A DNA stretch of 64,000 nucleotides from Ranitomeya imitator (lineage: Eukaryota), in assembly GCF_032444005.1 (NCBI RefSeq), contig NC_091291.1, forward strand, positions 138,012,001 to 138,076,000, in the 5' to 3' direction. The notes under the pieces were generated by a model that worked only from the letters and a program-made list of their open reading frames with translations, was not told the DNA's origin and did no database searches. This document shows, one piece after another, positions 24,326-35,910 of this stretch. A program made the translations under genes and the position numbers. The stretch's first letter is position 1. The number at the start of each line of letters is the position of its first letter.

Positions 24326-24880
24326 AGTATAAACACTTAGAGAATGTCCTGGATATAAATAGTAAGGACAAAAAACTCCGGATAATATAGTACCAACAAT
24401 GGGTGAGAAAAATACACCAACAAAAAGAGTGTAATCCTATAAATAAGGAAGTCTCGACGAAACGTGCGTTGGGGCGGCAGGGACCAACCTGATACCGGCA
24501 CTTTGCTCTTCATTCTATTTGTGAGTATATCATGCCTCCATTTGCAGCTTAGCACCGCACTTTATGACCTTATTTTGGCCTTCATTTTTGAGGCACTATG
24601 CACTTTGCGTCTTGATGCAATGTCTTTAGCTGTAAGAAATTTATATATGGACATATGTTGTCCTGCTATACGTTACGGTCACTCTATGGAGCATTGAATT
24701 CCTACTTATTTGCTGTTTAGGGCATTAGGGGCTGGCCAGGTTTGTGTCCTGTTACTGGTTTCCAGTGGTTCTTATTTTATGTCTGTATTTTTATGTATTT
24801 ATATTCTTCTCGGTGTACAATAAAATTATTTATAGGATTATACTCTTTTTGTTGGTGTATTTTTCTCACACATTGTTGGT
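24326..24880. mobile_element. Short PLE-like insertion with an inverted arm, in NPPA intron 1
   Basis: 15-bp TSD AATATCGGGGATCAT (24311-24325, 24881-24895). 24392-24446 is the reverse complement of 24826-24880. Truncated hammerhead-like GGA-A-GTC TC GAC-GAAAC at 24447. Confidence 0.75.
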
Positions 24881-25477
24881 AATATCGGGGATCATTCAAG
24901 CAATTGCTAATATTGCAATTCCCCAATATAAGATGTAGACCTGATTCCCATTAAGCCACTTATATACAATAAAATATGGACTAAAGGTCATAAAAGGCGC
25001 TGATGACTTTGGAGTTTTGGGGTCCCCAGATAATTTCTCACCCCCCTTGTAGCACACCATATAATCACTGGGGCTTTGTCTGCTGCAGAAATAGGGGCCT
25101 TAGCCACCCTGGTGGGTTACAGATACCAGCAGGGAACACTTCTCTCAGCTCCATAACCCCCATTACTTCTATGGAGAATGACCTTGCAGCTCGTTGTGGA
25201 GGTCCCATTTGCAGGGTCAGAAGGAAAGACCCCCAAACCATCACATGCACATGACATTTATGGCATCGCTGTCCTATTGTAGTGAAGGGTCTCCATCAGA
25301 GGTTTGGGCAGCTGTCACCGCTGATCCCCCCCATAAGCACCAGCAGGTTGGCATCTACAGTGGGCACAGGATCACTTATCCTGCAGACTATAGACAGGAG
25401 CGAGAAGATGAGCTCAGAGTCTGTCCACAATGTCCACGTGCAGAAAACTTATTGCAAATTTCAAAGTTTTTCAATGA

Positions 25478-27850
25478 GGCATGGAGATGAGTGGTACCAA
25501 AGGGAATGGAGATGAGTGGTACCAAAGGGAATGGAGAAGAGTGGTGCCAAAGGGAATGGAGATGAGTGGTACCAAAGGGAATGGAGATGAGTGGTACCAA
25601 AGGGAATGGAGATGAGTGGTACCAAAGGGCATGGAGAAGAGTGGTGCCAAAGGGAATGGAGATGAGTGGTACCAAAGGGCATGGAGAAGAGTGGTGCCAA
25701 AGGGAATGGAGATGAGTGGTACCAAAGGGAATGGAGATGAGTGGTACCAAAGGGCATGGAGATGAGTGGTACCAAAGGGAATGGAGATGAGTGGTGCCAA
25801 AGGGAATGGAGATGAGTGGTACCAAAGGGAATGGAGATGAGTGGTACCAAAGGGAATGGAGATGAGTGGTACCAAAGGGAATGGAGATGAGTGGTACCAA
25901 AGGGCATGGAGAAGAGTGGTGCCAAAGGGAATGGAGATGAGTGGTACCAAAGGGAATGGAGATGAGTGGTGCCAAAGGGAATGGAGATGAGTGGTACCAA
26001 AGGGCATGGAGATGAGTGGTACCAAAGGGCATGGAGAAGAGTGGTGCCAAAGGGAATGGAGATGAGTGGTACCAAAGGGAATGGAGATGAGTGGTACCAA
26101 AGGGCATGGAGATGAGTGGTACCAAAGGGAATGGAGATGAGTGGTGCCAAAGGGAATGGAGATGAGTGGTACCAAAGGGCATGGAGAAGAGTGGTGCCAA
26201 AGGGAATGGAGATGAGTGGTACCAAAGGGCATGGAGAAGAGTGGTGCCAAAGGGAATGGAGATGAGTGGTACCAAAGGGAATGGAGATGAGTGGTACCAA
26301 AGGGCATGGAGATGAGTGGTACCAAAGGGAATGGAGATGAGTGGTGCCAAAGGGAATGGAGATGAGTGGTACCAAAGGGAATGGAGATGAGTGGTACCAA
26401 AGGGAATGGAGATGAGTGATACCAAAGGGCATGGAGAAGAGTGGTGCCAAAGGGAATGGAGATGAGTGGTACCAAAGGGAATGGAGATGAGTGGTACTAA
26501 AGGGAATGGAGATGAGTGGTACCAAAGGGCATGGAGATGAGTGGTACCAAAGGGCATGGAGATGAGTGGTACCAAAGGGAATGGAGATGAGTGGTACCAA
26601 AGGGAATGGAGATGAGTGATACCAAAGGGAATGGAGATGAGTGCTACCAAAGAGCATGGAGATGAGTGATACCAAAGGGAATGGAGATGAGTGATACCAA
26701 AGGGAATGGAGAAGAGTGGTGCCAAAGGGAATGGAGATGAGTGCTACCAAAGGGCATGGAGATGAGTGATGCCAAAGGGAATGGAGATGAGTGATACCAA
26801 AGGGAATGGAGATGAGTGGTACCAAAGGGCATAGAGATGAGTTGTACCAAAGGGCATAGAGATGAGTGATGCCAAAGGGAATGGAGATGAGTGCTACCAA
26901 AGGGCATGGAGATGAGTGGTACCAAAGGGAATGGAGATGAGTGGTAACAAAGGGCATGGAGATGAGTGCTACCAAAGGGCATGGAGATGAGTGGTACCAA
27001 AGAGAATGGAGATGAGTGGTACCAAAGGGAATGGAGATGAGTGGTACCAAAGGGAATGGAGATGAGTGGTACCAAAGGGAATGGAGATGAGTGGTACCAA
27101 AGGGTATGGAGATGAGTGGTACCAAAGGGCATGGAGATGAGTGGTACCAAAGGGAATGGAGATGAGTGGTACCAAAGGGAATGGAGATGAGTGATACCAA
27201 AGAGAATGGAGCTGAGTGGTACCAAAGGGAATGGAGATGAGTGGTACCAAAGGGAATGGAGAAGAGTGGTACCAAAGGGAATGGAGATGAGTGGTACCAA
27301 AGGGCATGGAGATGAGTGGTACCAAAGGGAATGGAGATGAGTGGTACCAAAGGGCATGGAGATGAGTGGTACCAAAGGGCATGGAGATGAGTGGTACCAA
27401 AGGGAATGGAGATGAGTGGTACCAAAGGGAATGGAGATGAGTGATACCAAAGGGAATGGAGATGAGTGATACCAAAGGGAATGGAGAAGAGTGGTGCCAA
27501 AGGGAATGGAGATGAGTGCTACCAAAGGGCATGGAGATGAGTGATGCCAAAGGGAATGGAGATGAGTGATACCAAAGGGAATGGAGATGAGTGGTACCAA
27601 AGGGAATGGAGATGAGTGGTACCAAAGGGCATGGAGATGAGTTGTACCAAAGGGCATAGAGATGAGTGATGCCAAAGGGAATGGAGATGAGTGCTACCAA
27701 AGGGCATGGAGATGAGTGGTACCAAAGGGAATGGAGATGAGTGGTAACAAAGGGCATGGAGATGAGTGGTACCAAAGGGCATGGAGATGAGTGGTACCAA
27801 AGGGTATGCCAATAATTGGTACCACAGGGCATGGAGATGAGTGTACCAAA
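25478..27850. repeat. 25-bp minisatellite in NPPA intron 1 (~95 units; AGGGAATGGAGATGAGTGGTACCAA)
   Basis: Tandem array, purine-rich on the plus strand. Confidence 0.97.
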
Positions 27851-28002
27851 GTGCAAGCTCAGCTCTGCTGCATCTCTATACACATCCATATGTCACCATA
27901 GATTGTACAAAAGCACAGGATAAATTTCACTGGCAATCTCAACTCTGCTACATCTGCTCATAGGATAAAGCCATCTAACATGTCAGTCTGTCTTGGTCTT
28001 AC

Positions 28003-28119
28003 CTTTAGATCGGACAGGTCTGATGATATCATGGAGCTGTACGCTGGACCTCCATGGACCTTGGTCAACGCCAGAAGAAGCAGAAGGCAAGTAAAGTCCC
28101 CAAGGATTGAAGTCCCCAT
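28003..28119 (-). CDS. NPPA: Atrial natriuretic peptide precursor, exon 1 (signal peptide)
   Basis: ATG MGTSILGDFTCLLLLLALTKVHGGPAYSSMISSDLSDLK|GTAAGA. 39 codons, phase 0, joins exon 2 in frame. Confidence 0.95.
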
Positions 28120-28214
28120 GGCTAGTTAGTTCTCCAATCTAGTAGCCGGTCCCTTCCTTTATGTGTCCTGTTTGTATTGTGCCCTGTCTGTGCAACAACC
28201 ACAACACTGCTTGG

Positions 28215-28364
28215 TTATATATGTGCCGGGCATGAACTCATCCACATTCTAGCACTTCCGAAAGATAAAGAGGCCGCTCTCAGGCCAGGAGAAGATTCCC
28301 TTTTAAAGTTATCCTTCCCTTGCCATCGCTGCGAGCCCTCCGAAGAGCCAACTTGCCCACTTGA
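28215..28364 (-). promoter_or_regulatory. NPPA proximal promoter: TATA (28215-28221), GATA plus SRE-like GATAACTTTAAAAGGG (28298-28313), NKE TCAAGTG (28358-28364)
   Basis: Motif matches upstream of the ATG. The GATAACTTTAAAAGG module is the one I recall from mammalian Nppa promoters, at a similar distance from TATA. Confidence 0.8.
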
Positions 28365-29254
28365 CCCCATGGCTGCTGGCCGCCTGACATTCCTGCCATA
28401 AGAGGCTTCTCGCCTCTTTCTCATGGAAAATCAGAGAATCCAACCTTTTGACCAATCCTCAGGATGTGCCGATGCCAATGGAATGAGGACAATGTGACCC
28501 AACTTCTTGCACTATTCCTGTACATCACATGGTTATTGGTGATATCGCAGCCAAAACCAGATGACCATAAACAGGCTAGAAGAGCAATGGAGGAGGGGGT
28601 AACTGCACCTAAATCTGAAGATCATAGTCTAAAGGAAACGGTTGTTAATGAGTGGTAATTGCCATTGGGTGGCGATTAGTGATGAGCGAATATACTCGTT
28701 ACTCGAGATTTCCCGGGCACGCTCGGGGGTCCTCCGAGTATTTTTTAGTGCTCGGAGATTTAGTTTTTCTTGCCACAGCTGAATGATTTACATCTGTTAG
28801 CCAGCATAAGTACATCAAATTTGTGTATCATTCAGGGCAGGATCATATATACCCAGAATGGCTGAACGCCCCCTCGGCTCTTGGGGCATGTGCACTCCAC
28901 GGACCCTGCTATGTGGCGGCTATGATAGCGGAGGTGTCAATCTGGGGGTGGTATTGAGTTTTGCATTACTGCGTAGATACCTAGTGTGGGGACAATGTGT
29001 CGGAATATAATTTGGGTTATATTCTGCATCATTAGGTTTGGAAACTTAGACACAACATTGTCTTAAAGCAACCCTGCAATCAGTGGCGTAATGACTGCCC
29101 AATGGGCCGTGGTGCAAAATTTGGACCTGCCCCCCTTCTCCACCCCTTCATGTTGGTCAGATGTATGGGCCCTTGTAGCATTCTAAATCCTGTTAAGACA
29201 TGCATGTTGCCCCTTCCCATTATATAGTAATGTTTACCATCTTGTACTAAAGCC

Positions 29255-29710
29255 CCCCATCCTGGCCCCTTCCTGGTATATATGCCCCCATCCTGGGCCA
29301 ATTCCTGGCATATATTCCCCCTACCATGGGCCCCTTCCTGGTATATTTGCCCCCATCCTGGGCCCCTTCCTGGTATATATGCCATCCATTCTGGGCCCCT
29401 TCCTGGTATATATGCCCCCACCCTGGGCCCCTTCCTGGTATATTTGCCCCCATCTTGGGCCCCTTCCTGGCATATATATGTCCCCCATCTTGGGCCACTT
29501 CCTGGTATATATGCCTCCCATCCTGGGCCACTTCCTGGTACATATATGTCCCTCATCTTGGGCCCCTTACTGGTATATATGCCCCCCATCCTGGGCCCCT
29601 TCCAGGTATATATGTCTCCCATCCTGGGCCCCTTCCAGGTATATATGCCCCCCCCCCATCCTTGGCCCCATCTTGGTATTTATGTCCCCGTTTCTGGTAT
29701 ATTTGTCCCT
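29255..29710. repeat. Degenerate ~32-33-bp tandem repeat (GCCCCCATCCTGGGCCCCTTCCTGGTATATAT), possibly inside a hAT-like MITE starting CAGTGGCGTA at 29081
   Basis: Visible periodicity; the host element boundary is uncertain. Confidence 0.75.
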
Positions 29711-30304
29711 CATTCTGGTATAGACAGTGAGGGGGAGGGGCAATGGACCGTGGTTAGCATTTTTACAATATCTCACTTTGACCAAGTGCTGAGTATTTTT
29801 TTTTTAAGTATTCACCCCCTTTTTCATTATGTTACGATTTTGCATCACTATCAATTTTACTTTTTTCAATCACAAAAAATAGGTTTAAAAGAGGTGAATA
29901 AAAAACCTTAAAAATTGAACCAATTTGCATCTACAGCTGCCATGCAAAGCTGTGTGTCTCCATGGTAACAGACTACAGACAACCCCTGTGTAGTCTGATT
30001 CTGCAGCTATGCTTTTTCCTTCTGCCCACTAGTATTGATAATTTACATTCTGTAGGGGTAAATAGATAACAGATTGACAGGATGCCAGATATGCACAGGA
30101 TCCGACTACATAGGGCTGGTTTGTAGTCTGTTACCATGGAGATAAATAAGTCTGCATAGCAGCTGTATTCACAAAATAGCACAAATGTTAGAAAGGTTTT
30201 CCTTGTTTTGTATAGATGAAGCTTCATTCCGGACCTAATACAGTATATACTCACTGCCATCTGCTCCATGTATTGATGCGTGTGGGAGTGTATATATATA
30301 TATA

Positions 30305-30559
30305 CTGTACAGAGCAAGAGTGCAAAGAATGCCAAGAGTGTGCAAAGCAGTCATCAAAGCAAAAGGTGGCTACTTTGAGGAACCTGGAATATAAGACATA
30401 ATTTCAGTTGTTTCACACTTTTTTGTTAAGTACCGTATATAATTCCACATGTGTTAATTCATAGTTTTGAGTTTTGATGCCCTCAGTGTGAATGTACAAT
30501 TTTCATAGTCCTGAAAATACAGAAAAATCTTTAAATGAGTAAAAGTTTGCTCTGTACTG
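30305..30559 (+). mobile_element. Internally deleted Tc1 element
   Basis: Near-perfect terminal inverted repeats (CTGTACAGAGCAA / TTGCTCTGTACTG), TA flanks, and the transposase C-terminus MPRVCKAVIKAKGGYFEE. Confidence 0.8.
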
Positions 30560-30560
30560 T

Positions 30561-30562
<2 letters not shown>

Positions 30563-30608
<46 letters not shown>

Positions 30609-30626
30609 TGGTATATATATATATAT
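30563..30626. repeat. (TA)n microsatellite
   Basis: Direct reading; one short interruption. Confidence 0.95.
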
Positions 30627-31087
30627 TCAAAAGGGAAATTATCACATACAGAATTGGTGCTTGGGCTTCCATGTTACAGAACTGTAGGCACTGTTCTTAC
30701 AAGTAACATCACTATAATGTCGGAGGGAGTAAAGAAATGCAAGTCCCACCCCTGGTTCCTCGTGGGCGTGTCTCTAACTCAGCTAAGGGCCTCCTACTTT
30801 TGAGTAATGATGGGCATAATCTCACCCTTTTTTTAGCTTAGGACGGTCTCAATTTGATCTGACTATTTAGAAAATCAGGACAAGTCCTCCAAATTTTAGA
30901 TCATGGTAGAGTCCAGAAGCAGTGTACAGATGCCATTTTATGGATATGTACAATGTGACCTATCAATTACCCCTGAGCCTGGGCCCTTATTGCCCTCTAG
31001 ATATCATGTACAGCAGATAAAAGGGTAACTTTAATCTTTTAGGCCTCAAAGCAAAATTTATAACCTGGCCCTGAAGTATGATGCATC

Positions 31088-31740
31088 TGTCACAGGGTTA
31101 CCGCGACAGTGTGGAGCCAGAAGACCGCAGCGTCTGATTGCTCCTACTCCAGCGCTGAGAAGAAGCACTTTATTTCTTCTGGCATAACAGGGGTTAATCG
31201 GCCATGTTGGGAATCCCTGTGCTCACAGCTGAGCTTGGTTAGCCACTCCCTTCCCCTTTATAACCTGGGCTCTGTTACTAATCCTTGACAGAGCTAGCAT
31301 TTGCTGCATGGCTAATGGTGGGAGAGGAGCACATATGAGGAGAGTTGAAGGAGTTATCTTAGACTGTTGCTTGGTTTGTATGCGTGGTAATTCCTTATCC
31401 ATCTTTGTTTTTTGTTTATTCCCTTACCTCTATGTCGTGGAACATTCCTCTGTTACATGTGAGTAAATCATTTGTATTCCTGGAGTTTTCTGTTAACCCT
31501 TGTTTGTGTTGCCTTGTTTGTCAGGTTAGTTTACTGCGGTGCAAAATAGCACCCCCTCTTCCCTGGGTGTGGGAACAGAACAGACGGAGGGCTAACTCAA
31601 GAGATAGGGCAAGAATGGTGGCCCCGGCATCTTCACCTTCAGAAGTATCCCGAGGAATAGGGTGAGCTAGGGCGCCCCTTAGTGTTAGAGACAGGGAAGG
31701 AGCCTCTGGTCCCAGGTCACCCGACAGCTGTGTTGTGACA
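31088..31740 (+). mobile_element. Solo LTR related to the Gypsy LTRs at 696 and 6313
   Basis: TGTCACAGGG...TTGTGACA, 653 bp, 5-bp TSD GCATC. The 5' terminus resembles the reverse complement of the Gypsy LTR. Confidence 0.88.
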
Positions 31741-31903
31741 GCATCATTTTTAATATTGCTCTTCTTTTTGGGACCCCTGGAGCTGCAGGGCCCGATGTGA
31801 CTGCAGTTTCCCCCTTCCCATTATAGTTATGCCATGGTCAATGGTAACATAATAAAATAATGGCCGTCTTACTACAACCCCTTCCAAAATATCCAACAAA
31901 AGG

Positions 31904-32035
31904 TTTATTTTGTATAATTCTGTATCATTTACGGACATCATAGACGGAAGGAAAGTGTCATATTTATTATGATCTATGAAGTGTTAGAAATTACAATTAT
32001 AAAACATGAAATAAATACATATAAATAAATAAATA
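31904..32035 (-). promoter_or_regulatory. NPPB 3' UTR: AU-rich elements (TATTTATTTATTTAT, ~32011-32035) and AATAAA (31904-31909)
   Basis: Clustered ATTTA motifs on the sense strand. AREs are a known feature of BNP mRNAs. Confidence 0.7.
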
Positions 32036-32130
32036 TGAGCGGGATCCTCGGAAATAGAAAAGTAATGTTCCGGTGAGTCGTCTTGGGAGGGTCCTCAAGC
32101 AGCCCGAGATTCTCCCACAGCCCCATCGTA

Positions 32131-32147
32131 TCAAAACCGTCTGGATC
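32131..32147 (-). CDS. NPPB: B-type natriuretic peptide precursor, exon 3 ((G)SRRF-stop)
   Basis: Acceptor TTCTTTTCTTTCCACAG|GA TCC AGA CGG TTT TGA completes the phase-1 Gly from exon 2. Confidence 0.88.
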
Positions 32148-33218
32148 CTGTGGAAAGAAAAGAAGAATTATAAAACAAAACTGGGAAAAAGAAGGAGGAA
32201 GAAACCGTCGCTACGGAGGAAACCGTGTATGAAGGGGCCTTAGCAACCAATCTGACCTCAGCTTTCATGTTCTAAGCTGCATTGGTTGCTATGGGAAACA
32301 AGGTCCAGGTGGAGGCAGCCATTTTGACTGTACACCCCATCATTAATAATGGTCTATCTGGCAAAATATCTGCCACCAATGTGTGGGGAGGTGATTGTGC
32401 ATCCATGTACAATACATTTGGGACTAAAATTGTCCTGGTGATAAAAATGGCCACCAATAATGATAACATGGCCACCATTGATGATAGCGTGGCCACCATT
32501 GTCGATAACAACCGTTCAGAGTGCGGAATGTAAGCTGGTTGCTATGGGCAACAAGGTTAATCAGGGTATGAGGCCTACTGGTGGTCACGCTGACGTGGAG
32601 AGTACCGTATATACTGTATGTATATATATATATACACATAGTGTGTGTGGTGAAAGCTACTTAAAAGAAAATGGTGGAAATCATGAGGTAATTTGTATCT
32701 ACAAAGGAATTTGTTGAAGTACTTGACAAATACTGATGACATGGAGGTCATTTTCTCCTGAACTACGATACGTCTTTATCTAATACATATGGCGCTATTA
32801 TTCAGCCATGCTCAGACATAGCAGAGCTGTGTTTGCCATCTGGCTCAGCTCATGGTGACATCGTCATGTCTTTTACATAGGACTGCAGGATACAACAAAT
32901 TCAGCTCTGCGACCTTTGTATCTACACGACATATATCATTATAATGACTATTCTCTCCAGGTCGTGGTCTATATCATGTAACAGGCGCTCTGCCAGCTGC
33001 TGCTGGGAAACTACAATTCCTATCATGCCCTATTGGGATATGCTGGGAGTTGTAGTTTGCATTGGGAACTACCCAGAACACAAAACACACAGGACCCTAC
33101 GTAGCAAGTCGAGTCATGTATATCTGTGCAATGGCTGGAGCAGGACTCCCAGTATCCCCTGGCTGGGACTTGTAGTTCCCCTTGTGACAACAGAACAATA
33201 ACATTGCTCTCCTCTTAC

Positions 33219-33510
33219 CGTTACAGCCCAGTCCACTGAAGGAATCGATTCTGTCAATCCTTCTCCCGAAGCAGCCTGAACCCCTCATCATCTTGGGGCT
33301 CTGCAGCGATCGCAGCCCTTTGAGGAAGGAGTCGTTGATGGAGATGGTCTTGCCGGGGTTCGCCCCTCTGGACTCTGGTAACTGGGCTCCAGCCTCTTCT
33401 GGGGTCATCGCTTGAGTGCGATCGTCCAGTCTGGTCTCCAGGACACTGGGATTTGATTGTTGTAAATCTTCAATGGCTGACAGCTTCTCCTCCAATCTCT
33501 CCAGGACGTC
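33219..33510 (-). CDS. NPPB: B-type natriuretic peptide precursor, exon 2
   Basis: ATACACAG|DVLERLEEKL...GLRSLQSPKMMRGSGCFGRRIDRIDSFSGLGCN-G|GTAAGA. The SPKM motif before the ring is BNP-like. Confidence 0.96.
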
Positions 33511-34480
33511 CTGTGTATGATAATAGAGAATATATCATATTCTGCAGGGTCCCGGTCCCCCCAAATATCACAAAAAGGCTGTGTCTGTATAATGCAACAT
33601 CCCATACAATCATAATACCATTCCTACTAACGGAGCTGGTAGCCGGGAACTACAATGCCCAGCAAACCCAATGATTGACAGTTGTATGGATACGTGCAAT
33701 GCTCTTGCCCATATATTGTGGCACTACAAAAATCAGCATGCCCTGCTCTTTTTAAATGTTCACCATTGATCTGTGCATCCTTTCTATGCTGTTCACTACA
33801 ACTCTCATGATCTATCCATCTCATGCATAACATAAGTGGTTTTAGAGCTACTACTCTCATCATTTCCCTCCATTACGCCTATACCATGCTCTATCAATTT
33901 CCATAACCGCATTTACAGTGTTTTTAGAACTACTACTCTCAACATACTCCACCATTACAACTATGCCATGCACTGTTCCTGTCATCTCATATATAAGCAT
34001 TGATTGTAGAACTACTACTCACAGCATTCCCTATGAATACAAATTTGTATGTATCATTTGTTTCCTATGTATAAGTATGATCTGAACTACCACTCTCAGC
34101 ATGCCCCATCCTCACAACCATGCTTTATCCATCTGTTTCCATTGCCCCATGTATAAGCTGTGGTTGCAGAACTACTACTCTCAGCATGTTTTGCCCTTAC
34201 AACTATGCCATGCATTGTTTCCCATGATCAGAACTACTACTCTCAGCATGTTTTACTCCTATAAATCTCTGTCTAATCTGCTCCATTGTCCTGCATCCTC
34301 CATAAAGATTTATCGCTTGTATAAATATGGTGTAGAACTAAAAGTCACAGCATGCCACACATTACCTCTACAGATCCCAGACTCTCTAACCTGTTCCTAA
34401 CACCCATTCATTGCCCTGAGCTATGAAGTGTAGGACTACAACTCCCAGAAATCTCCGTTTCCTTGCAGTCTACTGCTTAC

Positions 34481-34591
34481 CTTGAAGGAGTCCAGTTCCC
34501 TGCCAGTGTCTGCTATGGGGTGGGCAGTGGTGGGCAGCAGCTGCAGGGTGGCCCAGAGCAGGGTGCAGCAGGCATAGAGCTTCCTCTCCAT
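34481..34591 (-). CDS. NPPB: B-type natriuretic peptide precursor, exon 1 (signal peptide)
   Basis: MERKLYACCTLLWATLQLLPTTAHPIADTGRELDSFK|GTAAGC. 37 codons, phase 0; full precursor 139 aa. Confidence 0.93.
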
Positions 34592-34745
34592 GGTGGGCAG
34601 GTGGTGTAGTGAGCTGGTGCTGTACACTGAGAGCTGGTGCTGTATACTGAGAGCTGGTGCTGTATACTGAGGTCCCTGCAGCTGCTGGTGACTCCCTCTC
34701 TCTATTCCCCCAGTGATCTGCAGCCTGGACCAAACCCCTCTCCCA

Positions 34746-34948
34746 TTTATACCCCCTACCCTGTGACCTGATCTCTGCAGCCTTATCTAGCCAGATTTCT
34801 CCAGACAGCAGTGTGTGCATGGAAGATTCCCATAAAGGGTCCTGCTGGTGGAATGTGCCCCCTCCTCACTACTACGCCCCCCATTCTCCATCCTGTGATG
34901 TGCCCCCTCCTCACTACTACGCCCCCCATTCTCCATCCTGTGACACCA
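34746..34948 (-). promoter_or_regulatory. NPPB proximal promoter: TATAAA (34746-34751), AGATAA (34783-34788), M-CAT CATTCC (34850-34855), T-box-like GGTGTCA (~34941-34947)
   Basis: Motif matches upstream of exon 1. GATA and M-CAT sites are known BNP promoter elements. Confidence 0.65.
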
Positions 34949-35551
34949 TCACTTCCAGGTGCTAATCCCCAAACCCAATAGATTAGTGTTCAGAGGAAAT
35001 GATTGATGTCTCCTCACAGCTTCCCATAGACGGTAGATGCAGCCCTCATTGACGTCTATGGAAGCAGCAATCAGCAGAGAAAGCCGAGTGACCTCACTCC
35101 CTTATACGGCGAAATGGACGGAATGTCCCCGGAGTAGATCCGGATTATTGTCCCCATCCGTATTTATCTATTTAGTCTGGAACTGAACACTTCGGAAAGA
35201 CTCCGGGCTCACCGGTGATTTTCTCCCTATCAGATCCGAGTTTCATCAGTATTTGGTCCGTGCGTCACTTTTTACCATCAGAATTTCATCACTTTTTCTC
35301 ATACGAAAAAAAAAACCATAATGGCGATTTCTCAGTCATGGCATCTGAGTGATGTCCGATTTTTTTTTTTTTTCTCACTGACCCATTGACTTCCATTGGG
35401 GATGTTGATCTGACACCTGGATCAAAATCCGACATCTCCGTGACTCTGCGAGGACCCAAAAATACGAACATGTGACCAGCCCCATAATAATAGGGACCCT
35501 GATGTCTGACTATAGAGCGGTCCAGTTATTGTTCCTTTTTGGCCTCTTTTA

Positions 35552-35910
35552 GGGTGTGCGCACAAGTTGCGGATTTTGCTGCAGATCCGCAGTGGATTGG
35601 CCGCTGCAGATTCGCAGCTGTTTTCCATGAGGTGTACAGTACCATGTAAACCTATGGACAACAAAATCCGCAGTGCCCATGGTGCGGAAAAAAACGTGCG
35701 GAAACGTAGCGTTGTTTATTCCGCAGCATGTCAATTCTTTGTGTGGATTCCGCGGCGGTTTACACCTGATTTTCAATAGGAATCCGCAGGTGTAAAACCG
35801 CAGGTGGAATCAGCGCAAAAAAAGTGAAAAAAACTCGGTAAATCCGCAGTGCGGATTTCCCGCAGATTTACCAAAATCCACAGAGTAATCCGCAACGTGT
35901 GCATGTGGCC
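35552..35910. mobile_element. PIF/Harbinger-like MITE
   Basis: Imperfect TIRs GGGTGTGCGCACAAGTTGCGG / CCGCAACGTGTGCATGTGGCC; TTA TSD. Confidence 0.75.

Noticed and set aside
25388-27889. 300-680-aa minus-strand ORFs rich in HSLWYHSSPFPLVPLISIPFGTT
   Set aside because: They are translations of the 25-bp intronic array and have no unique coding flanks.
33240-33250. Asp in place of Gly in the BNP ring (DRIDS)
   Set aside because: I recall DRIDS in other anuran BNPs, so it is probably a lineage feature and not new. An alignment would confirm.
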